Part shown: in pieces, positions 11,628 through 22,473 of the stretch
How the letters are laid out: every line of letters begins with the position of its first letter
How positions within the stretch are numbered: the first letter of the stretch is position 1
Origin: Klebsormidium nitens
Taxonomy: Eukaryota; Plantae; Klebsormidiophyceae
Length of the DNA stretch: 64,000 bases
Assembly: GCA_000708835.1 (NCBI GenBank)
Contig: DF237015.1
Span: 185,502-249,501 of the forward strand
Direction of reading: 5' to 3'
Translations under genes and position numbers: made by a program
Notes under the pieces: model-generated
What the model was told of the DNA's origin: nothing
The model's database searches: none
What the model saw: the letters and a program-made list of their open reading frames with translations, nothing else

Positions 11628-14420
11628 CAATCTGAACCATTTTTATCGCGAGCCGAATCCTGGTCGTTCATTCTCGGCACGAGCACGGCCGCGACCGTCA
11701 ATCTGTTCAAAAGCGTCGGGGGCACTTCACACCAGAGTCTATTCAACTGGGGAACAGGGTCTGGTGTGACCAGCCTCGGGGCGGAAGCCTGCAGTTGCGG
11801 GGACCGATACACGCCCGCTTGTCGGAGTTGTAACGCAAAGGGGGGGCGGGTTGCAGGGCCGAACGTCCCCCCTGGAAGATCGGGAAGGGACACTTTGCTG
11901 ATTAGGTCTTCCTACGCCAGGGTCAGGAGGCTCCGATTACAAAAGGGGGGGTTAGCGCTAACCCGGCTTGGTTCAAACCCAAGCGAAAAAAGAGGAAACC
12001 CGGGGTTATACCTTTCAGAAGCTCCGGTTCCACGCTTTGCTCCTTCCTCAGAGGATGCCATCCGATCGCTCTTTTCGGACGTTCACTTATGGGAGTCTGC
12101 TGTCGAACCCGAACCTCATCTTAATTTCCTTTTCGAATCCTACGGCGGGCCTGAATCTGCGGTCAAGCTCCTCGACCGCTCGGTTAGCGCTCACCCGGGG
12201 GATCCCTCTCTGTGGAACGACCTGGGTAATGCGCACCGGGCGATGGGAAGCGCGGGCCTCGCGGCGGAGTGTTTTAGAATCGGGCTCGAGTTGCAACCCC
12301 ACCCGGACCTGTTTCTAAACCTGGGGAGCGTCGTGTTTCGGGCGGGGCGGTCAAACGAGGCGCGGGAGCTTTTTGAGGCGGGGCTGCGGCTGAACGGGAG
12401 GCACGCGTTGCTAATGTTTGCTGTGGCGAGCACGCATGCTGTGCTGGGGCGACTGGTGAGTCTATGGAAAGCTAAGCTTTATAACGGGTTAAGGACGGCT
12501 GTTTGAGATAGTTACCGGTTTTGGGTATGCTCTGACGGGGCAGTTTCAGCACAGGTTGAGAAGCCGATGTTTATGGCAATTCGCAGTGACTGGCGAGACT
12601 CCGAATGGCTGGCTGGCTACGATATGGGATGCCAGCTGGAATCTGCGCACTCCATTTTGATGTGTCCTCGAGAAGGTGGCTGAGGAGCATCAAGAAGGTC
12701 GTTGAGATGACAGAGCTGGGGCCTCGTTTGTTGTCTGTCGTCGCCAGCATTCTCGTTGGAAAGGATTACTGGGGCTGTGAATTGTCGATCTGTTTTTACC
12801 AGCAATTTCGTTCTAAGTAGAAGTTGCTTCGGATCTGCTGGATCTGCGCTAAGCACCAGAAATACGCTCACGGTCGCGTAAATGCCATCGCGACCAAGTT
12901 TGCCTAAGCAAAGGCGCTGTTACTCCTACTTAGAGATTGGTGTTCTTTAACCCAGTGGCATCTGATGTTCTGCTTGCACGGCGGCCATGCTGAGAGACCG
13001 GGCGTTATTGTTCCTGACAGTGAGGAGCTTCGTTTCGAGACGTACTGGCTTTTCTGCAAGACTCTTGCCGGTTCAGCTCGTTTTGATTGGAGCTCCGCAA
13101 GCACTAAGCCTGCAATTCCATAACTTAATATCAACAGCAGGAGACCGTGTAGATCAACTGAAACAACGTACAAGTGGATGCGTAAAACTTGCCATTGAGT
13201 TCGGAATGCCCGGAGCTTAGTCTCTCATCGCAATCCGCACGATCAACGATGGCATCTGACGGCTCAATGTAGCCGCCCACAACTCAGAAGTCTGGAAAGG
13301 GGGGGGTGCCAAATTCGACGTAAAGTAATGAATAAATTGCTTTCCCTCATTTTCTTGATGTTTTGGAAAACCGCGGTACTTAAAATTTGAATCAGCCGCT
13401 TTTTTCCAGGACGACGCCGCCCAATGGTTCGAGCGGCTCTTGGCATTGCACCCCGGCTTCGCCGAGGCGGCGCTGCAGCACCGTTCGATCCGAAATCGGC
13501 GGCTGAGATCGTCACCGAAGTTCCTGGGCTTTCTCCTCGTGTTGGGGGCGGCCGTGCTGCTCATTGGATATGCGGGCCTCCGAATCATCCGCGTAAGGAT
13601 CTGCAAGGTTTATAATGCTCATGATTGCTTTTATGTCTGGCACCCGGCTTTCCATTTTTGGACCATGGTATCCAATCATAGACCGTTTTTGGAAGGGCAA
13701 ATCGTGTTCCGCACCGGAGATTCAGATTCGGAATGTGGTGCCATACTGAAGCCAGCCCGCAAGCATCGAGAATTGAGAGGTTCTCATTGCCGAAGGAGCA
13801 GAAAAGAAAGTTTCGAAGTGAGAGCCTCGAGTAAAAGCGAGGAGTGTTTTACCATCTTCTCTCGGACTTATTCCAATCGGTTAAGTACCTCGAGGCGTCG
13901 CACGTTGCCTCCCACTTGTTTTCCGGCGAGTCGGGATCGAACCTTATGGACGACTCACAGCTCACGCTTGCAGCAGTTTTGACGAGCTACCTTCGCGGCC
14001 TTCGTAGACACTTCCGTCCTGCCACTCTTGCAGTTTCTGGCTTTTTCGTTCCACTCTACCTTCTCTATCGTTCCTGTCCCATTGGCCCGCTGACGTTACA
14101 CTAATTTAGGGAGTCCGTCTTATTGCCGCCCTATTTCTAGTTGCGCTTCAGCTCGTTTGGCGTTGCTTCTATTGAGCTCAGTGTTCAGTAAGCTCCTCAA
14201 ATACTCAAAGTTCGATACGTTCCCCGAGACATCAATCATCAGACCTTCGTTTATACTTTTGCGGCTTGATAATTCTCACGTCGCAACTGCTGGTATTTGG
14301 CTTGGCGGTCTGCTAACGATCGAGCGCTCTTTGCCTCAGGTGTCGATACCTAAGCGCCACGTGGCAGTTCGGCGGTCGCCCCCTTCTCCAACCGGATCCA
14401 AAAAGAAGAAGCGGCTCTGA
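11628..14420 (+). CDS. TPR-repeat single-pass membrane protein (3' exons 11628-12455, 13410-13592, 14340-14420); 5' exons probably start near 9841
   Basis: TPR-like helices SLWNDLGNAHRAMGSAGLAAECFRIGLEL / LFLNLGSVVFRAGRSNEARELFEAGLRL / LLMFAVASTHAVLGRL|DDAAQWFERLLALHP join across phase-0 splices. Then a hydrophobic helix (FLGFLLVLGAAVLLIGYAGL) and a basic tail (GSKKKKRL*). A signal-peptide-like frame (MMRHGGYGPPRLLSVFLLLLLSAW) starts at 9841, but I could not link it with certainty. Confidence 0.75.
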
Positions 14421-14760
14421 ACGTGCTGTTTTACATTACTCATGCGACGGGCTGATATTTTCCAACGACGGGCCATAAAGTTATGGCCCTTGGCGTGACT
14501 CGTTGCAAGGGCACTGCGCAAACACCGATAATAGGACGTACACTGTACAGTGCCATGCACAGTATGCAATGATGAGCTGCCGCCGCCCCTGAAGTGGATT
14601 GGCAGCATCGTAAAACGGTTGCTGCAGTGTAGCTTGGCAAATTACCGCATTCTGAGGTGAGAAAACTGCAAGCTACATAAGTCCCTTCAGGATGATTGTA
14701 CTACTCGCTGTTTGAATCAGTCCGTTGACCGATTTGCGGGTGAGGCCGGCATGCACGTAC

Positions 14761-14951
14761 TGGCAACTCCCTTGTCTCATAAGGGGCTTGTCTCCTAAAA
14801 TTCGAAAGCCCCGGGCAACTCAACTAAAAACCCTAACCCAGACATTACGCGCTCCGCACCCGTCCCCACCCTAACCACCAAACCAACCCTACCCGTCCCC
14901 CGGGCTGTGAAGCTTAGGAGACAAGCCCCTTAGGAGACAAGGGAGTTGCCA
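14761..14951. mobile_element. 191-bp MITE-like element with 38-bp terminal inverted repeats
   Basis: Left end tggcaactcccttgtctcataaggggcttgtctcctaa (14761-14798) matches the reverse complement of the right end (14914-14951) at 37/38. Each TIR has two cttgtctc(c/a)taa subrepeats. No clear TSD. Confidence 0.85.
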
Positions 14952-16235
14952 CAATGGCATGCACTGCTATTCTCGTGCTTGAGGGCAAGCTGCACTGCAT
15001 GAGGCCGGGGTCTTCGGTAATGGACAATGCCATTCCGGAACCCCGAATTTTCCCGATCACGTACCCTGCTACCCTTGTTGACGGATACGACTGTCTCTAA
15101 TTTCTGAATGATTCAAAGTCAATCCGCTTTTGCGGGAAGGTCACCCCAGCCGAGCTCGATTATACATCAAACGTCCTACGGCACAGACATCGGAGACAGG
15201 CTGTGAAACGAAAGGAACTATTCAGAGGGCTCATTCAAGCATTGCTGCAGCTGGCGGGGTCACTAGCTGTGAGTTGGTATCGACTTCTAGCTATGGTGCA
15301 TGCTCAGTGTTGCCTATACAGAGCTTAGTAGATCTACGTAAGCTAGTTATATGCACGGGCCGCGCTCAGTAGCTCGTAACGGGCTGCCATGCGCTGAATT
15401 GATCACTTACCATGATGCATATTAATGATATGTGACTGCATGCAATCAACTCGGATATATACATCCATGCAAGTATATACGACTAGAGTTCTGTTTGGCA
15501 ACTAGCGACGTATGTAGCGGCCGCCCATATCACGTACCGAATTCACAATCTTCCGCTTCCACGATTTTCCGCCATGTCACCACGCCATGCAGGCCTTATA
15601 TATGCTTACTGGCGTTTGAAAAGAGAACATCATTGCCACGATGCCATGATGATGGTACCTCAGCAACGTATATACCACCTCATGGTCTCGGCGCGTATTG
15701 AACTCTTTCATACTTAATTGTGCACATTGAACTTCAGATACACGGTCCCATGAGGTCCTGCGGCTCTATTAGTAGGGAAGGTATCATACGTACTTAAAGT
15801 AGTGAGAAACTAAGTTCCGTCACGAACATGAACTCACTCGGATTCTCGCCATGAGAAAGCTCATGAAATGTAAAGCTGAAGTATTTTATACAGCTTGCTC
15901 CAGATGGCAGCGGATCTCTAACAGTAAACCATGCACGTCAAGGAGGACGACAGGCCATGCTGAAGCTGCTTTTGTCCTGGCAGGTTTTTTTCTTTCAACG
16001 AAGCCGTGGGCGGTAGCTTTACTCAATTTCATGACTACTAAAGCAAGCGCGCGTACGATTTACTCAATCACAAAAAAGTCACGGTCTAGTGTTACCATAC
16101 ATAAAATCACCTCTAATGAAGACATCAATCTTTTTCGATACTCCAACATTCATGACCGCGTCTGAATCGCGTCACGCACCCTGCCCTAATAGGGCCTATG
16201 CTGCAGCTCACACGAGCACTTCGATACGCACCGAA

Positions 16236-19200
16236 TCAAGCCTCATCGTCTGATCCAACCGGTTGCTCCACTTCGGGCGGGTATGGATACACGTACTTCG
16301 CAAACGTGTCGTAATCTTCTGCAACCAGCTTGGCGTGGTGCGATACCACACCCCATAGCAGGTCCTCGAACTCCTCCATGCTCTCCCCGGCGGTCAGGCG
16401 CTCTAGTTCGACGCTGAAGTCAGGACGGCCCTCGGTCTTGCCCTCCAACGCAGCCGCTGATCAATACAGCAATAAAAAGTCGTGAGTTGCGTTTCGTGTC
16501 CAAGTTAGTCGAAAGGCCAAGGATTCCAGATCCCGACTGATCTCATGGAGGGTAACGGAACGGGTGGGGTTGGCTAGGGGGTTAGGCTGGACACAGGTAC
16601 AGAGCGTGTTAACTTTGGGATGAGGGTTTTGGTGAAGTAATACCCTTCAGGGCGCCTCTCCTATACAACATCGAGAGGTCCGTATTTCGGAGAGTTCAAT
16701 GCGGCCTGCATTTCCTTTCCACGACCACTCGTAGTCGCGAGTACTCGTGTTGGAGCGCCCGTACTGGACAGCTGCCGCTGGTGTGCTTTCATCACACGCG
16801 ATTAGCCGAAGTGTGAAAATGCTGCGGTGCGCGGAAGAGGAGGGTACGAATAATGCTCCACTCGAAATCGAGCAAGCCCACGACACCGTGCAGTCAGCTG
16901 GACTTTCGACTCTCATCGTAGATGACTTCGACCATCACTAGCCCCGGGACGACCATGAACTTCTCGAGCCGGACGGTCTTTCGGATGATGCGAGGATGAC
17001 GAAAGCAGCGCTCACCTGCTTGCGCGTGAGAGACGGCCAACACTCGACCCCACTGCTCGGCCATCTCCTTGAAGCCCTCCGTGTCCTTCAACGCCAGCTC
17101 CTGCAAAGTGGGCCAACCACGATACTTAGCGACTAGGGATCTTGTTATAGGAACTCCGTAGGCGGCAACACAGGCTAGTGTCTGAACCGACGAAGCTCCT
17201 GGTCAGCGGCCAGTGCGCCTGCCAACACAGGCATGAAAAATTGCAGGTCCGACAGAAACCTGGTCGCGGAACCTGATTCTTAACCTCATTATAGTGTTTG
17301 TTTTTGACCTGCCTTTTTTAACTGGTGCCATTCGCAAACCTGAGCCTCTCGATGATGCAAACCCAGCCATCCAACGGCCCAGAATTTGCTGATGGTTAAT
17401 ATCAACCCGGATCCGAGGGCCAGGATCGACGAAAAGTGCAATAAGTCGATCGGCCCAAGCAGCATCTTACGACAGTGCCTTTGAGGCTCATCGTATAACC
17501 GAGCAACTTCACAGACAAAGACAATTCGTGAGCTCCGGGCGAACGTATCCATACAAGATTGACAAACGTGTGATATATGTGGAGGAGTGTCGAAGGGTCG
17601 CTTGCCGTTCTAAGAGGAACGGCGCTTATGAAGAAGAAACGTCTGCATAGAAACAAGGTTCGCTCACCTTGAGGGGCCCCTTAGCGTCGGCGGGCAGCAC
17701 GGGGTACGACGACTTTTTGGGCGAGATCTCGCGGACCGAGTAGAAGCCGTCGGTCCAGCCGACAAAGCTCTCCGCGTCGTCCGCAGTAATCTCGATCCAC
17801 CCCAGGTACGGGTCCGCGTCTGACATTAGCACTCTGCAGAGAAGGAGGCGGGGTGACGTCAGCAGGGATTTGAGGCGGAGTGAACGGGAAAGGTGGAAGC
17901 AACGGAGCGGTTTGCAGCGATGGCAGCGGTTTAAACAGGATTGACTCTCTGCTCGCTCGATTGTATCTTTGGAGAGGTGAAGTGCAACGCATCAGAATTC
18001 GAGGACAGGATAAAGCGGCTCACTATTCAAAACAGAAGATATATTGGTGCTGTGCACAAGTTATTACGCTCACAACTGCCCTCGAACATTGAATCATGCA
18101 AAGCAGCAAAATCTCGCACGATCGCAAGGCCAAGCATGCTGCTCCACTCACTTCGCCGCATCAGCCGTCCGCTTCGCGTCGTTCTCGTACCGCTTCCGGA
18201 ACGCCACCCGCTCGTCCAGCCGCATGAAATGGTACGCGCTCGCCTGCGGCTGCAGCTTCACGTCCAGAATGATCCGCCCCTTGTAGTTGTTCCCATCCTT
18301 TTCCCCCCCGTCTTCCTCCCCCCCAACCTCCCCCCCGTTTTGCTCTTCCCTATTCCTCCGGGTCTGTGTCCCTGCTCCCTGTTCCCCACCAATCTGCCCC
18401 TCCCCGTTCCCCGTATTACGCTCCCCCTCACCTACTAGATCCACAATGGCGTAGAACCGCTTCAGACCAAACGCCCCGAGGCCCTGGTACAGCCGCTGTG
18501 CCACGTCGCGCACTCTGATTCGCAGCCCTAGTCGCTGCGCATACTGCTCCTCCAGGGCTTTCCGCACGATTTCCGCCTCAGCCGGCTGGCACCGGTGCAG
18601 CTTCTCCGCATTGCTGATGAGGTCGAACCGCTCGGCGCGCCCGTCCTTCCGTCCTACGAAACGACGGAATGACGTTAGCACGAAACAAGAAAGTTGGATT
18701 CGGGTCTCTTGTGCTGGGTTGAATTGGTCGGTACGCGTGTCCTACAATTTGTTCGGATGGGCTAGGGGGACGCCGACGGTGTTCAAAACAGTGTATTCAG
18801 CACAACTCGTAGAAAAGTCTTGATCTGTCTGTGAGGTCGAAGCCCTAATTTTCGCTTGCAGGGTACTGATGAAGAGGGTAGACGGAGTGAGGGAACAACG
18901 TCAGCGACATGAAGAAGGATAAAGAGACCAACGGTAACCCATCAGAGGGAGCGATGTTGTCGGGACGCAAAGTGGACGAGTGATGCCAGCACGAGGCAGA
19001 AACGTGAAGCTCGATCTTTAGCGACGCCTCTGCTCACCATTTCTTGAAGAGCTTCTTGTACCGGAACTTCTTGCTCCCCTCCACTGCCCGCAGAAACGCC
19101 TGTAGCCGCCCCGTCGTGTTTAAGCTCGTGAAGATCGCGCCTTTTTCGGCCCGGTGCTCCACCGCTGCTGCTCGATAGGCCCGGCCTAGAGTCCGTATGA

Positions 19201-21684
19201 CGTCACGTGCGTTCTGAAGGAGTTAAAGCATGTCCAGTCAAAACAGTGGTCTGCATAATGTACAGGTGAAAAACTGCAAATGCAGTCCTGTCCCACCTTG
19301 TGCTCGCACACCTTGAAAAAAGGGACTGTTCTCGTTTTGGGGGCCCATCAAAATGGTCTTCCGTGCCAGTTCATGTGTCACAGGGAACGAAGTCATAGAG
19401 TTGTCGTGACCCTTGGCTTCGAAACTTGGGACCGAAAGGGGAGGATGAAGAAGAGCCGGAAGAAGGGAGCACTTTGCAAAGAATGTTATATCGAGCAGGT
19501 CGTCACCACAAAGGTCGTCTGCAAAGGGAGTGGAATGCGAGAAAGCACACTATAGTAGAGAGTACTAGAGAGTACTGGATGTCCGTACTGGTTAAGGTTG
19601 GACGTTTGGTGGGAGGGGTTTGCTACCAAAATAGAACCCCTAGATTTACCAAGAACGAAGCCTGTCAAAGCAATCCCCGTCATGACGTCCTTTTGGATTG
19701 CGTTCGTCGACACAGACAACACGCTCTGACACCCTCGAAAGAAGGATCCAATCGACGACCTGAACATGCAGAATACGTGCCTCTCTCATCTAGGCGTCAG
19801 GCAACAAGAGAAGGTGAAGCTCAGAAGGCTCTTAGTGGCCCTTGAATATGACTTCCGCTTTGGTTTTGTTCAACGCACCTGTTCTGAGTTGCCAACCCCG
19901 ACTTGATTCATGGCGAGGAGGATGCTGACTGCCAGTCGCCATAAGTCCATTTGGTAGTCTGCCACCAAAGACTCGTCAAAGTCGTTGAGTGCATACACAG
20001 TCTCGCCCTTGCGGTTGTGGAACGAGCCGAGATTGCAGCAGTGGCAGTCCCCAGAGAGCCAAGTGTGTGTCTTGGTGTTGCCAAATAGGTGCAAGCGAGC
20101 GTCGTGGCTGCAAGAGAATGTGCAGTATATCTAGCTCCACCGCTAAGCTGGCAAGAGGTCAGCCTTCAGCTCTTTGGTTTAGATTACTGCTTCATCACAT
20201 GTACTGAAGGAGGCCGTGTTTGATGGGGGAGGAGGTTAAGTGACGTGCTACAACATTCTGCGCTGAGGATTGAGGTTCCGAAAAGTCCACCTTCAGTGTG
20301 TGACTGAGAAAGAGTCTCAAAAGTCATGAAGCGACATTCAGGCACCCCATGATGTTCCTCTGTTCAGGCCAGACTCTGTTGCTTACCACCAATGACAATC
20401 AGGATTGCTGCCTTTGTCGCTCCTTTGGCTGGAAAGATTGGGATTGTAGGGCCTCTTGGCTTTCATGTCGACTCATCTTGACTCACTTTGGACGGACCAG
20501 TGTTTATGGACTCAGAATCTTCAAACAGTTCCAACGCAAACATGACTTACACAACACTGGCTTGGCCTGGCAATCTAGTTACATACACCATTTGCAGGGA
20601 GCGATTACAAAAACCGGTCACATCAAAGCTCACCTCAGGTCCTGCCAGAATAAATGGTCGGTTGCCCGGTAAACCGCAAATGGTGATGGCTCAACGCCCT
20701 TGTCAGAGGCAGCGTACTTCATCTTGGCATACTTCTTCTTTCGGACGTCAGGAGAGAGGCCTCTATTCCAGACCTCAAGTGCGTGTACCAGTTGCTCCTG
20801 CCTGTTGAACACAGCATCCTGTCCCAAACCACCAGGCAGCTGGAGAAGAGAGCAGAGTTTGATGTTTGAGTAATGTTCGCGACATTGTGCAACCTTGAAG
20901 GGGAACCTGTCATTACGTTTATCTGACTTTTTACCTGGAAACAGAGCCTATCCTGGATGGTGACGACTCTTGTCAATTCGCGCAGAATTGCGCTGTTGCA
21001 ACAGCATCTTATTGGCACCAATTGCAGATGAGTATCTTGTCCCTCCAACCTGTTCACAAACACAAAGATAGGAATGAAGTTGAGGAATGAGAGACCTTTC
21101 TGTGGCAATTGGCATTATATCCAACAAGTGCTTCTTATCTTCAACATTGGAAACTAAGATGGGCATGGTCCTGACCGCTAAGCATAGAGGCAACATTACT
21201 GGCAGCTAATGCAACATCCCAAACTCATGGCTTCAACCTACTCTGATGAAGGAACATCAGAAAGCTTCCACTTTGCGTTCAGAAAGGAACCAACTGTATG
21301 ATTGGCCGAACACATCGGCCTTCGTAGCCTGGTTTCTGCAGCTTTCTTAACATCCATAGCTGAACAACTGTACACCAGCTTGGGAAGACTCCAAAGAAAC
21401 TCCAAAGAGCGTTAAGAAACTGAAAAGTCCACCCTACCACCTGCTGACAGTGCTCAGAAGTAGCGTCAATCCAATTTGGGATTGACAATCACAGACTTGA
21501 ATTTTCAATTAAAAGAAAAATAGAGTCCTTGAACAGGAACGGAAGTAAACAAAGCACGTACATCTGGAATGGTTGGTATAATAAAGTCGCTGGGCATGGG
21601 GGTCGTCACAGGCCTTGGGCTGGGTGCAACATCATCGCCGCTGCTGACCTTCCGGCGGGGAAGTATGAGATGTTGAGTAGCCAT
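16236..21684 (-). CDS. DUF2252-family protein (kinase/phosphotransferase-like, mostly bacterial family), multi-exon; 5' end tentative
   Basis: Exon translations in the expected order: KYAKMKYAAS...SPFAVYRATDHLFWQDL (20.7 kb), WLSGDCHCCNLGSF...VYALNDFDESLVADYQMDLWRLAVS (20.0 kb), NARDVIRTLGRAY (19.2 kb), QGLGAFGLKRFYAIV...IILDVKLQ (18.4 kb), GFYSVREISPKK (17.7 kb), QWGRVLAVSHAQA (17.05 kb), HHAKLVAEDYDTF (16.3 kb). These parallel the recalled DUF2252 motifs SPFAFYRG, GDxHxxNFG, NDFDE, GxGSxG, S/VRExxP, LARAHAR and YAxQVxxDY. Confidence 0.85.
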
Positions 21685-22473
21685 CGTCAAAGACGACTCC
21701 TTCCGCCTATTGAATATTGATTGGAAGTCGGGCAAGATGAGAACAAGTACAAGCTGGCACGCAAATCTTCCATCTAGTAGAAGAACTCACTCCCCTAGGA
21801 AAGCCACCATCGCGCCAGCCATTCTATGCTGTGCGCTAGCTCAACTTGCAAGCTGAGTCACTTGGAAGTTGAACCAACAATCATTGAATCAGCACTTCGT
21901 TTTCACTGCAAGCATGGTGAGGTTGTCGGAACCCGGCCGTGAGAAACTGGTCGACTTGTCGTCAAAACTTTTTCGACCGTAAAAGGACAAACATTTTCCT
22001 TGCTCACCACTTCGCAGCCGTGCGATCTGTTGAACTCCTCAGAGGAACAGGTTAACCTAACCCGTCGCGCCACTTTCGGTGAAATGTTCGCACCTTTCAG
22101 GGGCTGACTTTGCAGGCTAAAATGTCCCCCTCTTATAGATTTCGGCAAGGGGTCCAAAGTTGCCTACCTGGCCGGGCATTCTGACGTGGCACCAGGATGT
22201 CAACGCCATTTGGCACAACCAGAGAAGATCCGCTGTTCCGCCGATCCGGCCGGACTCCGGCGTCAACCCTACAGGTAACTTAGCCGTCCGGAGAGAAGTG
22301 CAGATCTGAGATCAGGTGAATCTGCTCATGGCTTTTCCTGTCAGTGTAGCAAGAGATTTAGGTAATACGACGCAGCCTGCCCCTTCGTTATTAAGTGGCT
22401 CCCTCGGCAATCAAAGAAAGGTTCAATCAAGCAGAGATCTGAGCAACCTCGATCACGGGACGGTGCAAGCATC

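Noticed and set aside
11225-11893. 222-aa minus-strand ORF
   Set aside because: Antisense to the TPR exon and intron; no coding features of its own.
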